Shown: positions 1 through 8,574, counted from the stretch's first letter. The stretch is 48,190 nt of DNA from Deltaproteobacteria bacterium HGW-Deltaproteobacteria-1 (GCA_002840635.1 PHBN01000002.1:1-48190), one strand, 5' to 3'. The notes: a model not told the origin generated them from the sequence alone. Numbers and translations are program-made.

Positions 1-453
1 CCTCAGCACTCCATCCTCGATGACCGTGTCAATATATTTGCCTTCCCGGGTTATGTTCGCTATGGTTAACGCGTCTCTTTGGTCACTCTTGGCCGATGAA
101 CTCTCATCCAGTTCCCGGTGATGCTTCAGGGCCGTTGTCCGCACAAAACGAACCTCATAGCCATGCTCTTTCCCAAAATAGGCCAGCTTCCTCCAGTAAT
201 GTCCCGTCGGTTCCATCCCGATAAGAACATCTCTCAGATGATGCTTCGTTTTTAACCCTTCAATCATATTTACAAACTGTTCAAACCCTTCCCGATTGTT
301 ATAGAGCTTTGCACAGCTTCCCAAGACGTTGCCTTCCTTGTTCATAAATCCCACTGCGTTGAAGGCATTGCCGATGTCGACCCCAACGATGAGGGTCGTT
401 TTCCTGATTCTTTGACGACGTGCCGCCTGTCTGTTATAATCATTCCTGGACAT
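1..453 (-). CDS. IS110-family (DEDD-type) transposase, first 151 codons; the gene continues beyond the left edge
   Basis: Absent from the ORF track because it is open at the window edge. The minus-strand ATG is at 453-451, preceded by GGAG (reverse complement of 462-465). The translation reads MSRNDYNRQAARRQRIRKTTLIVGVDIGNAFNAVGF...LIGMEPTGHYWRKLAYF...AKSDQRDALTIANITREGKY. It shows the IS110 N-terminal hallmarks GVDIG, EPTGxYW and K-D-x-x-DA. Confidence 0.8.
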   Translation of the reverse strand, partial: MSRNDYNRQAARRQRIRKTTLIVGVDIGNAFNAVGFMNKEGNVLGSCAKLYNNREGFEQFVNMIEGLKTKHHLRDVLIGMEPTGHYWRKLAYFGKEHGYEVRFVRTTALKHHRELDESSSAKSDQRDALTIANITREGKYIDTVIEDGVLR

Positions 454-808
454 GGTTTTTTCTCCTTTCTGCTATGGTTGTTTGGGATATTCAACTTTAA
501 CAGATCGAAAATACCATGTCCTCTCCTATCTTCCTTATAGTAAGCTGAAAGAGAGCCTCAGGCAATTTAGATAAGCATACCCCCTTCAGCCAGAATTCAT
601 TAATGTTGGCTTTTGTTTAAACTGGATAAATATTCCACAAATTACCTGCCGGGCTTTTGGTCTTTATTACCGTGAAATGCCCAGTGCCATAATTTCATTT
701 CATTTGATTTTAAACATTATTTTAATTTTTATTTTTCTTAAAAAGAGTATAAAGATAACAAAATATCGGAAATTACCGGCTAAGTATATTAATCGTTATG
801 GATAAAAG

Positions 809-1090
809 ATGATGAATAATATTATTTCTATCGTTGTTTCGCTTTTGACTTTAACACACGTCGGTATTCTACTTGTGATAGTAGGTACTGCGTTCCTAGC
901 TTATGCAGTAAAGGTCGAAAATAAATACACACTTTCCGCAAGAAGTAAGGAAAATAAAAAACGATTAGAAGACATTGTTAAAAGATCAGAAGATGGGTCA
1001 TACTATGAACCATCTATCGTTCGTGTCGATAAAATATTTTTTAGGTTGGGCCTTGCATTCGTGGCTTTAGGTAGCCTAATGCAATGGTAA
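809..1090 (+). CDS. small membrane protein (cassette ORF)
   Basis: 93-aa ORF with hydrophobic N- and C-terminal segments around a charged loop. AT-rich and followed by a degenerate attC. Confidence 0.5.
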   Translation: MMNNIISIVVSLLTLTHVGILLVIVGTAFLAYAVKVENKYTLSARSKENKKRLEDIVKRSEDGSYYEPSIVRVDKIFFRLGLAFVALGSLMQW

Positions 1091-1112
1091 AAATATGTTA
1101 AAAAAATAAAGA

Positions 1113-1166
1113 TATATAAAATAAATGCGGTTATTCGCTGCGCTCTGGCATTGCTTTACGTTGCTG
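1113..1166 (+). repeat. attC-like site (degenerate)
   Basis: TATAAAATAAATGCGG..TTCGCTGCGCTCTGGCATT..ACGTTGCTG. It shares the central CGCTGCGCTC loop with the sites at 7096 and 10602. The R' core is GTTGCTG at 1160-1166, and the R'' core lacks the AAC. Confidence 0.45.
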
Positions 1167-1196
1167 TGAACCAAATGAAATTGAAGAAGGCTCTAT

Positions 1197-1988
1197 ATGA
1201 AAAAAATAATAGTTTTTGTTTTATTTATCATTACATTCAATTACGTCATCTATAATCAAACAGCTTTTGCTGAGACTATTATTCATTCAGCCTTATATGG
1301 TTTCTCAATTAACATTCCGGATGATTGGTCTAAAAGGAAACCAACAAAATCATGGACATATTTAGTCTATGCAAATATTGAATCTGGCGCGAATATGAAT
1401 ATAAACGTTATAAATGCAAAGGGTCTTTCTTCAATAAAACAACCAACATTGGGACAGATTTTCAACCCATACTATGAACATGCTAGAATAATAGAAAAAG
1501 TTTATGAAACTGATTCCTCATCAAACATTGATTTTTTCAAATGCGTATATAGATGGGAAAATGGTGAATTTAGAAATCAGTATGAAGGAAAGCATAGATT
1601 ACAGTATTATGCAGTGCAATGGGTTAAAGACGAAAAACTATTTACTTTAACCTTTACAGATTCTGAAATAAATTTTCAAAATAATATTCAAAAATTTAAA
1701 AGAATAGCCAATTCCATTAAATTCGATAAGATCAGTGGTGAGGAATGGGAAGGGGGAAAAATGCTTATAGAAGAGAGAGGAAAAGTTATAGCTGCTTGTG
1801 AAAAAGGCATATTAAGTCAAGGCTATTCCTATGTTAAAGTACAAAAATATTGTAAGTGTTCTGTGGATTATATTACAGAATTAGCAAATAAATATTCTAA
1901 GGCACAGTTAAAAGCATTACAGAAAGAAAAAGGGGGAAACTTTATTGAAAAAGATGCGCTTCAAATGTGTAAGCATTATTTGGAGTGA
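1197..1988 (+). CDS. secreted protein of unknown function (cassette ORF)
   Basis: 263 aa with a signal-peptide-like N-terminus, MKKIIVFVLFIITFNYVIYNQTAFA/ET. Followed by an attC. Confidence 0.7.
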   Translation: MKKIIVFVLFIITFNYVIYNQTAFAETIIHSALYGFSINIPDDWSKRKPTKSWTYLVYANIESGANMNINVINAKGLSSIKQPTLGQIFNPYYEHARIIEKVYETDSSSNIDFFKCVYRWENGEFRNQYEGKHRLQYYAVQWVKDEKLFTLTFTDSEINFQNNIQKFKRIANSIKFDKISGEEWEGGKMLIEERGKVIAACEKGILSQGYSYVKVQKYCKCSVDYITELANKYSKAQLKALQKEKGGNFIEKDALQMCKHYLE

Positions 1989-2005
1989 AATTACTTACAT
2001 TAAAT

Positions 2006-2072
2006 CCATAACCCGTAGCTAGAGCCGATCGCAAGCCCGCTGGGCTGCTCCGGTTCAGCTTTTCGATTATGG
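2006..2072 (+). repeat. attC site (R' core mutated)
   Basis: R'' is CCATAAC at 2006-2012. The R' position reads ATTATGG at 2066-2072, so it matches the reverse complement of R'' except that G is replaced by A in the GTT triplet. Confidence 0.65.
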
Positions 2073-2081
2073 GATAAAGAA

Positions 2082-2576
2082 ATGAAATATATTTTTATAC
2101 CAATAACGATGTTCGTGTGGTTCTTGACTTCTTTTTATGGAATACATATCGCAGCTATCGGAATGGCATTTATTTTTTCACTAAGTTGGCTATGGGTAAT
2201 AATTGGGTTCCCATTCCTGATAGTACCAATTTTTTGGATTTCACATAGTATCCCTTCTCTGTTGCGTGTATTATTTATTAAGATCTACGGAGTATCCTGG
2301 TTTTGTTGCATTGTACATTCGCTCGCCGGGGTTATTGGGCTTGTCGGAATAATAATGTTTTATAGCGAAAGTCCGCCGGTACTGGTAATTGGGGATGAAT
2401 CATTTTTCATTTTAAGAGGAATGTGGAAGACCGCGCCATTCAAGACAGTATTTATTGCTATACCATTCCTGGGGATTGTAATTTCCATACTTTGGTCAAG
2501 TATTATTGCACCCATATACATTAAGCTATCTGGTGTTCAGATATCAGATATAGAAAAAGATAAACAAAACCCATAA
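2082..2576 (+). CDS. polytopic membrane protein (cassette ORF)
   Basis: 164 aa, almost entirely hydrophobic helices. The stop codon lies inside the R'' core of the following attC. Confidence 0.7.
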   Translation: MKYIFIPITMFVWFLTSFYGIHIAAIGMAFIFSLSWLWVIIGFPFLIVPIFWISHSIPSLLRVLFIKIYGVSWFCCIVHSLAGVIGLVGIIMFYSESPPVLVIGDESFFILRGMWKTAPFKTVFIAIPFLGIVISILWSSIIAPIYIKLSGVQISDIEKDKQNP

Positions 2577-2626
2577 CAAGGGCAATACACCCGATCGCTA
2601 CGCTCCGGGTGATTTTTTCGTTGGAC
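2571..2626 (+). repeat. attC site
   Basis: R'' is CCATAAC at 2571-2577. The stem is CACCCG/CGGGTG around an ATCGCTACGCTC loop. R' is GTTGGAC at 2620-2626. Confidence 0.8.
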
Positions 2627-2643
2627 GATAGAAGGAGCATAAG

Positions 2644-3420
2644 GTGCCTAAACCAGAAGTACGGGATGTGTTACTGCAGGTCATTTCGGAGTGCGCTCCC
2701 AAAAGGCCTGGAGACAGTAACCTTCAGTCGCGGAGCATCCTCACTGAAGTGCGCGACCGACTTGGTGGCGCTCGCGATCATGTTCTGGAGGAAGCGATTC
2801 TGACTGCCTTCCATGATCTGCTTCGAACCGGATACCTTGCTTGGGGATTCAACCTCGCTAACCCCGACCCTCCATTCTTTCATCTTACCGAGCAGGGCAG
2901 GAAATCACTAGCTAACTTGAGTCGCGATCCAAGCAATCCGGCCGGTTACTTGGCTTCGCTCTCTCAGGCTGTGACATTGAATTCGATTGCAGACGCCTAT
3001 CTTCGGGAGGCTCTCGCGTGCTTTGTAAACGATCTTCCGAAAGCGTCGGCTGTCATGGTCGGCGGTGCATCAGAAAGTATCGCTCTTGAACTCCGAGATG
3101 CAGTTGTTGGGAAGCTGCAGTCGATGAACAGAAACGTTCCAAGAGGTATGGATGATTGGCGTTTGAAGGTTGTGCTGGATGCCATGTATTCATTCCTTGA
3201 TCAGAACTCTGGGCAGATGAAAAAGGAGCTACGGGATTCGTTCAGGTCTTATTGGTCTGCCTTTTTGCAGCAGATCCGCACGGCTCGGAATGACGCAGGT
3301 CATCCTTCCAGCGTTGATCCGGTTACGTTCGATACAGTTCACGCATCACTTTTGATTTTCCCGGAGCTAGCCAAACTCACGTTTGACCTTCTCCAATGGA
3401 TCAATCATGAGTACAAGTAG
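2644..3420 (+). CDS. HEPN-like protein (R-x4-H motif) with an N-terminal wHTH-like region; cassette ORF
   Basis: GTG start preceded by GAAGGAG. 258 aa. The motif RNDAGH (R215-H220, nt 3286-3303) sits in a helical C-terminal half and fits the HEPN R-N-x3-H signature. The ORF is visibly more GC-rich than neighbouring cassettes. The function is inferred from this motif alone. Confidence 0.6.
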   Translation: MPKPEVRDVLLQVISECAPKRPGDSNLQSRSILTEVRDRLGGARDHVLEEAILTAFHDLLRTGYLAWGFNLANPDPPFFHLTEQGRKSLANLSRDPSNPAGYLASLSQAVTLNSIADAYLREALACFVNDLPKASAVMVGGASESIALELRDAVVGKLQSMNRNVPRGMDDWRLKVVLDAMYSFLDQNSGQMKKELRDSFRSYWSAFLQQIRTARNDAGHPSSVDPVTFDTVHASLLIFPELAKLTFDLLQWINHEYK

Positions 3421-3432
3421 CAAAGAAGAGGC

Positions 3433-3487
3433 GTCCAACATTTAGCTGCACCAGATTCGGGCGAAGGAACGGCCCTCTATGTTGAGC
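3433..3487 (+). repeat. attC site
   Basis: R'' is GTCCAAC at 3433-3439 and R' is GTTGAGC at 3481-3487. Both match the canonical consensus. The cassette start TTGGAC at 2621 is the exact reverse complement of GTCCAA. Confidence 0.85.
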
Positions 3488-3519
3488 AATTTGTTATACG
3501 CCAAGAAAGCGGAGGAATA

Positions 3520-4854
3520 ATGCCGAGAGTATTTCTCAGTTATTCACACGAAGAGCCAGAACATGATCAATGGGTCATGGATTTGGGGAAGCTGCTTCGG
3601 GAGAACGGGGTTGACGCGTACCTTGATAAGTGGGATCTGATACCGGGGCAAGATACAACCTACTTCATGGAATCTCAAATAAGAGACTCCGATTTTGTGA
3701 TTCTCATATGCACGCCTATTTATGCTGATAAATCTAATATCCCCCGTGGTGGTGTAGGTTACGAAAAGAACATTATCTCCGCAGAAATGTTACAGGCTAA
3801 CGATTTGCGCCCAAAATTCATCCCAGTTTTGAGAAGAGGAACGTTCGATAGCTCCTTGCCCACCTACCTTGGGAGCAAGTATGCCGTAGACTTTCGAGAC
3901 GATAAGGAACAACAGAATGCACTTGATGAATTACTTAGAGCCGTCTATAAACAACCTCATCCTGAGAAACCGCCTCTTGGATCCAACCCCTTTAACCAAC
4001 CCGTCACCCTAACTGTCGACTCATCAATGATTGCAGTGAAATCATCCGACCTTAAGCTTGAAGTCGTTCAGCAAGATCAAGACATTCATGTATGGGAAAA
4101 AGAAGCACGCGGACGTTTCGAGTATCTTTGTGCGAGTAGACTGAACAAAGAGAAGGTAAACCCTTTCGCTGACGGCTTTTGGCAAGCCAGCTTCGTTCTT
4201 CTGTCTAAGCCTGATATGAGTGGCCTCAACAAGTTTTTAGAACAGCTTAGGGCATCCGAAACGCACCGAACCGGGTGGGATATTGGGTGGGTACCGACTC
4301 GTTCTGGGATAGCACCATATCCATACCAAGGCGGAATCGAAGTCTGGCTAGCTGAGGATGGTGACAAGGGGCCAAGCCACTCAGATTTCTGGCGCGCCGA
4401 ACCGGTGGGCCGTTTTGCTTTGTTCAGGGGTTATCAGGAAGATGACTCTGATTTCCAACATCAACTTAACTTGAAGGAGAGAATCATCGATTTCTCTTTG
4501 ATCCTGTGGCGCATATCAGAGCTTCTTCTGTATATTGATAGCTTCGCAAAACAGATGTCAGTTGGAGATTCCATGGCAGTTCTGAAGATAGCATGGACAG
4601 CTTTGAATAACCGAAGGATTGGTTATCACAAGGCAGACTTCGATAAGATATATGAAAACTACATTTGCTGTCAGGACACGGTAGATTCAATGTATAAAAT
4701 TCTATCATGCGCTAATATTAAGAAGAATCTGATACACGATGTACATGAAATCACCTTACCACTTTTCGAAGCCTTTAACTTCTTCTCAGTATCGGAAGAA
4801 CAAATCAAAGATCATATAGCAAAGCTGTTCGATCCAGAGAAAGAGGGCGTATAA
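3520..4854 (+). CDS. TIR-domain protein with an uncharacterised ~300-aa C-terminal domain (cassette ORF)
   Basis: GGAGG lies 6 nt upstream of the ATG. The N-terminus MPRVFLSYSHEEPEHDQWVMDLGKLLRENGVDAYLDKWDLIPGQD...SDFVILICTPIY follows the typical bacterial TIR pattern F-[LI]-S-Y-S. I recognise no motif in residues ~150-444. Confidence 0.8.
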   Translation: MPRVFLSYSHEEPEHDQWVMDLGKLLRENGVDAYLDKWDLIPGQDTTYFMESQIRDSDFVILICTPIYADKSNIPRGGVGYEKNIISAEMLQANDLRPKFIPVLRRGTFDSSLPTYLGSKYAVDFRDDKEQQNALDELLRAVYKQPHPEKPPLGSNPFNQPVTLTVDSSMIAVKSSDLKLEVVQQDQDIHVWEKEARGRFEYLCASRLNKEKVNPFADGFWQASFVLLSKPDMSGLNKFLEQLRASETHRTGWDIGWVPTRSGIAPYPYQGGIEVWLAEDGDKGPSHSDFWRAEPVGRFALFRGYQEDDSDFQHQLNLKERIIDFSLILWRISELLLYIDSFAKQMSVGDSMAVLKIAWTALNNRRIGYHKADFDKIYENYICCQDTVDSMYKILSCANIKKNLIHDVHEITLPLFEAFNFFSVSEEQIKDHIAKLFDPEKEGV

Positions 4855-4905
4855 CCATGGCATCCACCGGACGGCTAAAACCGCCGGTGATGCCTGCCGT
4901 TGGCC
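4849..4905 (+). repeat. attC site
   Basis: R'' is GTATAAC at 4849-4855. The stem is GGCATC(C)ACCGG/CCGGTGATGCC with one unpaired C. R' is GTTGGCC at 4899-4905. Confidence 0.75.
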
Positions 4906-4922
4906 GCCGCGCTGCGCGCTTC

Positions 4923-5138
4923 GGCCAACGGCGGAACTAAGCTACCGCTTTTCAGTTCCTTTTTGGCGCCTGACAATCTATGCGTTTTATGATAATGCAG
5001 TGTATATAAAATAATTATTAGGCCTTGCGCGCTGATTCGCACGACGCCAACAAGTCACTGAAGTCGGTTGGCATTTCACATGCAAAGGAAGCTTCGCTTC
5101 CAGCATGTTAATGCCACCGCTTAGTTCCGCCGTTGGGC
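4923..5138 (+). repeat. composite or over-long attC-like structure (ORF-less interval)
   Basis: GGCCAAC-GGCGGAACTAAGC at 4923-4942 is the inverted repeat of GCTTAGTTCCGCC-GTTGGGC at 5119-5138. The 176-nt interior contains further hairpins. Confidence 0.45.
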
Positions 5139-5143
5139 ATACA

Positions 5144-6214
5144 ATGGTAACTAGAAAAGAACTAACTGAAAGAATAGAGAATATGAGTAGTAATTCTTAT
5201 GATGCCGTTTTCTATAATTCTTTTGTTCTGCCACGTGAAGCGTTATCAATATTAGCCTTTGTATATGATAAAATTCATTTGCCAGGTGTGCATATAAACA
5301 TTAATGGATTAGACAAAAATGAACTATTTAAACAGATTGAATCAATCAGGAAAGGTGGAATTCGTGATACAGACACTTTAGATCAATACCACGCTATGAT
5401 AACTGCATTAATTTATTCATATTGCCCATCTGTATTTCAACTTTCAAAACATGAGAGAAAAGCTTTTGGCTCACTCGAAGATGGTGCAGGAAATTTAGCC
5501 AAAGAAATTGAAGAACTTTACTTCGGTCCTCCCAAGCCAGGATTTATTCCCACAATAGCAACCGGTCATTGTGTACCTCTTCCAGGAGGTGCTTTCATAG
5601 ATGTTCCAGCAAAATGGACTTACCCAGCTAATTCATTAATTTATTCGTCGCAAGAACATTTGCCGCTTATAACCACTGATCCCACAATGCCGATTCCTGG
5701 ATTACCGTCTGAAGTAAAATCAAACGCCAAAATATTATCTACAATTTTAGCAATGGAGTGCATCAAGCTTGTTTTGCCAAATATAAAAACTATTGAACCT
5801 TGGGAAATTGAAGAAATTAAAGAAAAGACAAAAGAATATTTTGTACCGTTTAAATTGAGGATGTTGAAACTTTCAAAGGTATTGAATAGTGCCATATCTT
5901 CTAGTTCAACGACAGACGAAATAATAAGAGAAGCAAAATTTATATTTGAATCTGAAGTGGAACCAGAAATGATTGAGTTAAAAACAGCTATATCTCATTC
6001 TGGGCAACCCTGGCATAAAAGACTGATTGATTTGACAAAAGATATACCGCAGTTAGTCTTAGGATTCACTACGCTACCATCAAATATAGCAATTGCTAAT
6101 GTCCTAGCAAAGCTCGGAGTATTTTTCTCGGATATTCGAAGTGAACAATTATCAAAAGACGAGGCCAGAAAACGCGGAGGGCTATATTATCTATTAAAAC
6201 TCTCTCAAAAATAA
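5144..6214 (+). CDS. hypothetical protein (cassette ORF)
   Basis: The ORF-track start at 5105 falls inside the attC arm. The first ATG after the G|TTGGGC junction is at 5144 (MVTRKELTERI...). No recognisable motifs. Confidence 0.65.
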   Translation: MVTRKELTERIENMSSNSYDAVFYNSFVLPREALSILAFVYDKIHLPGVHININGLDKNELFKQIESIRKGGIRDTDTLDQYHAMITALIYSYCPSVFQLSKHERKAFGSLEDGAGNLAKEIEELYFGPPKPGFIPTIATGHCVPLPGGAFIDVPAKWTYPANSLIYSSQEHLPLITTDPTMPIPGLPSEVKSNAKILSTILAMECIKLVLPNIKTIEPWEIEEIKEKTKEYFVPFKLRMLKLSKVLNSAISSSSTTDEIIREAKFIFESEVEPEMIELKTAISHSGQPWHKRLIDLTKDIPQLVLGFTTLPSNIAIANVLAKLGVFFSDIRSEQLSKDEARKRGGLYYLLKLSQK

Positions 6215-6222
6215 TAAAAATT

Positions 6223-6285
6223 ACCCAACAAGACGCTTCACTGGACCCGGCAAACAGCGCCGGTCCAGTGAGCTTCTCGTTAGGC
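6223..6285 (+). repeat. attC site
   Basis: R'' is ACCCAAC at 6223-6229. The stem is GCTTCACTGGACCCGG/CCGGTCCAGTGAGC with unpaired bases. R' is GTTAGGC at 6279-6285. Confidence 0.85.
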
Positions 6286-6291
6286 AGGAAT

Positions 6292-7074
6292 ATGGAAAAC
6301 ATCGTTCCTAAAAAGGTGTTTCTTGATAACTGTATTGTCAGTATTAGTGACACTGTGCAAGGTGCCCAGAAAAGCACCAAGGTCAGCTGGGGTGGAAAAG
6401 AGCATACAATTCAGGTTTCTGGGTTTGAGGGAAAACCATTACCCAGGGACGACGAGGTCTGGAAACGAGAGCAGATTGAATGTATGCCAACCATCGGGAG
6501 ACTGGCAAGACAGAACGTTATTGCTTTATCTATATACGTGGAAATCCAGTTCGAGGGGTGGAAACGTCCTAGGTCATTTCCAGCTACCGCCATCGGAAAT
6601 GTGTTTAACGGAATAGAATTCGAATATGTAGATGCCGCTGTTGAGAGGTCATACTTTTTTCAATCTTCACTGGATGATCATATTGATAACCAAAGAATGA
6701 TTGACTTTTGCAAGTGGCTATTGAAGATCAATCCGGATATTTTAATTGAAAAAATCATGAAGGCTAGGGATTTTCCCGATTTTTTATTAATTAATTTAAG
6801 GAATGTTGAGAGATTCAGAGAGCTCTGCAAGGGGTTGTCTGAGAAGCAGTATCCAGATGCATTCCACCTCTGGACTGCTGAGGTCAATGGTGCGGATTGC
6901 TTCTTAACCATTGACAAAAAATTTATTCGGGTAATGACTGAAACAAATAAAGCAAAGATGCCTTGTCCGCCACTTTCACCGTCTCAACTGCTTGACGAAC
7001 TAGAAATACATGAAAGAGATCCTATTGAATACGTGGAGGGAGCCTTCTATGACATATTCGGGAGGCGTAGCTAA
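6292..7074 (+). CDS. putative PIN-like domain protein (cassette ORF)
   Basis: The first ATG after the cassette junction is at 6292. The N-terminal VFLDNCIV and C-terminal DAFHLWTAEVNGADCFLTIDKKF resemble the first and last acidic motifs of PIN domains. This is weak, motif-level evidence only. Confidence 0.5.
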   Translation: MENIVPKKVFLDNCIVSISDTVQGAQKSTKVSWGGKEHTIQVSGFEGKPLPRDDEVWKREQIECMPTIGRLARQNVIALSIYVEIQFEGWKRPRSFPATAIGNVFNGIEFEYVDAAVERSYFFQSSLDDHIDNQRMIDFCKWLLKINPDILIEKIMKARDFPDFLLINLRNVERFRELCKGLSEKQYPDAFHLWTAEVNGADCFLTIDKKFIRVMTETNKAKMPCPPLSPSQLLDELEIHERDPIEYVEGAFYDIFGRRS

Positions 7075-7095
7075 CATGAGTGGTATTCCGGCCTT

Positions 7096-7167
7096 GCCTA
7101 ACAATTTGCTGCACGCGGCAAAATTACTCGCTGCGCTCCTAATTTTCTGGTGAGCAAAGCGTTAGCA
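7096..7167 (+). repeat. attC site
   Basis: R'' is GCCTAAC at 7096-7102, the exact reverse complement of the junction GTTAGGC at 6279. The stem is TTTGCT(G)CAC/GTGAGCAAA with one unpaired G. R' is GTTAGCA at 7161-7167. Confidence 0.8.
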
Positions 7168-7174
7168 AAAATAT

Positions 7175-7915
7175 ATGAATAATAAATTAAAACACTGCTA
7201 TGACCAGATTCATCAGATACTTGGCAAAGATATTGAACCTTATGAGTCTGTTGAATTGGTGGAGAGATATCGCCAATATTGGAAACCAACGGGCAAAATC
7301 AGAGTCATTCTTTTGGCTGAATCACATGTATTCACAAGCGATGATGACCGAAAGATTAAAATACCTCAGTTACCCAATCTGCCTGGCTACGAAACACAAT
7401 ACGCAAAATTTGTCTATTGCATTGGCTACGGAGAAAGACTATTGACAGGAAATCCTTCACATCCTAAACGCGATGGCACACCTCAGTTTTGGAAAATATT
7501 TTATAGCTGTGACAATCTTATTCAAGAGAAGAATGATTTCCATCCGATTTTATCAAAAACAAAATATGAACAAAGAGTAGAGAATAAAATCAAACTTTTA
7601 TTGCGCCTTCAGCGGAACGGCATTTGGCTCATCGATTCAAGCATCGTCGCGCTATATAACAACGGAGAAAAACCTAATAATAACATCATTTCATTGGTTA
7701 TAAGAAAGTCATGGGATTGCTATATCCATAATGTAGTCGCAGAGGCAAATCCGGATTATGTGATTTGCGTTGGCAAAACCGTCGCAAACGTCTTAAAGCG
7801 CGACATTGAAAAGTTAGTTGGTAAACGTTGCACGGTTTTATCCCAACCAAATGCACATCTTCTTTCAGAAGAACATATGGCAAACTTTAGGCAATACAGC
7901 AGAATATGCCGCTGA
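7175..7915 (+). CDS. hypothetical protein (cassette ORF)
   Basis: 246-aa ORF starting 8 nt after the cassette junction. No motif recognised. Confidence 0.7.
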   Translation: MNNKLKHCYDQIHQILGKDIEPYESVELVERYRQYWKPTGKIRVILLAESHVFTSDDDRKIKIPQLPNLPGYETQYAKFVYCIGYGERLLTGNPSHPKRDGTPQFWKIFYSCDNLIQEKNDFHPILSKTKYEQRVENKIKLLLRLQRNGIWLIDSSIVALYNNGEKPNNNIISLVIRKSWDCYIHNVVAEANPDYVICVGKTVANVLKRDIEKLVGKRCTVLSQPNAHLLSEEHMANFRQYSRICR

Positions 7916-7926
7916 CATTAATTTAA

Positions 7927-7983
7927 TGCTAACAAATCAGTATAGCGGACTCGCTACGCTCCCCGCTGATTTCGTAGTAAACT
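7927..7983 (+). repeat. attC site (R' core non-canonical)
   Basis: R'' is TGCTAAC at 7927-7933, the exact reverse complement of the junction GTTAGCA. The stem is AATCAG..AGCGG/CCGCTGATT and the loop contains CGCTACGCTC. The R' position reads GTAAACT at 7977-7983, so the GTT is lost. Confidence 0.7.
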
Positions 7984-8001
7984 CATAAGGGAGAATTAAG
8001 A

Positions 8002-8439
8002 ATGAAATTATTTTTAAAGGCGACTCTAGTATTGCTACTATTTATTGTTTGCGGGTGTGCTACAACACCAGTCAGACATTCTGATGCGATTAAAGTCCCC
8101 CCAGATCGGGTACTTTCTTATCAAGATGTAAATAATAAAACTACGTCCGCAATTGTTATTACAAGAGATGAAGGGTACTTAGGGTCTGGTTGCTATTACG
8201 CTGTTTTTATTAATAGTATATTATCAGCACGATTCAATCCTGGAGAAACTGCAAAATTTTCTATTGAACCTGGAGAAATAATTTTAAAAGTAGGTAGGGA
8301 TCTGCTAGGGAATGGTTTATGTGGCGTCGGACAAGATGAATGGACACAAAGAGAAACAATATTGCGCGCGCATGAAACTAAATATTTTCGTTTAACGATA
8401 GATGTAAACGGTAAAACAGATATACAAAGGGCAGATTAA
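8002..8439 (+). CDS. putative lipoprotein (cassette ORF)
   Basis: 145 aa with the signal-plus-Cys segment MKLFLKATLVLLLFIVCGCATT. GGGAG lies upstream of the start. Confidence 0.7.
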   Translation: MKLFLKATLVLLLFIVCGCATTPVRHSDAIKVPPDRVLSYQDVNNKTTSAIVITRDEGYLGSGCYYAVFINSILSARFNPGETAKFSIEPGEIILKVGRDLLGNGLCGVGQDEWTQRETILRAHETKYFRLTIDVNGKTDIQRAD

Positions 8440-8518
8440 ACAAAAATATCTAAAAGAATATTTTAGATCATGATAGTCCATAGTTTGAGGGGACATTGGG
8501 ACGAACAAAAAATAAAGC

Positions 8519-8574
8519 GTTTAACAAAGGCAACACAGCCAATCGGTGCGTTCTGGGTAATATTTTCGATAAAA
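8519..8574 (+). repeat. attC site (R' core non-canonical)
   Basis: R'' is GTTTAAC at 8519-8525. The body is homologous to the attCs at 2571 and 8897. The R' position reads GATAAAA at 8568-8574. Confidence 0.6.
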
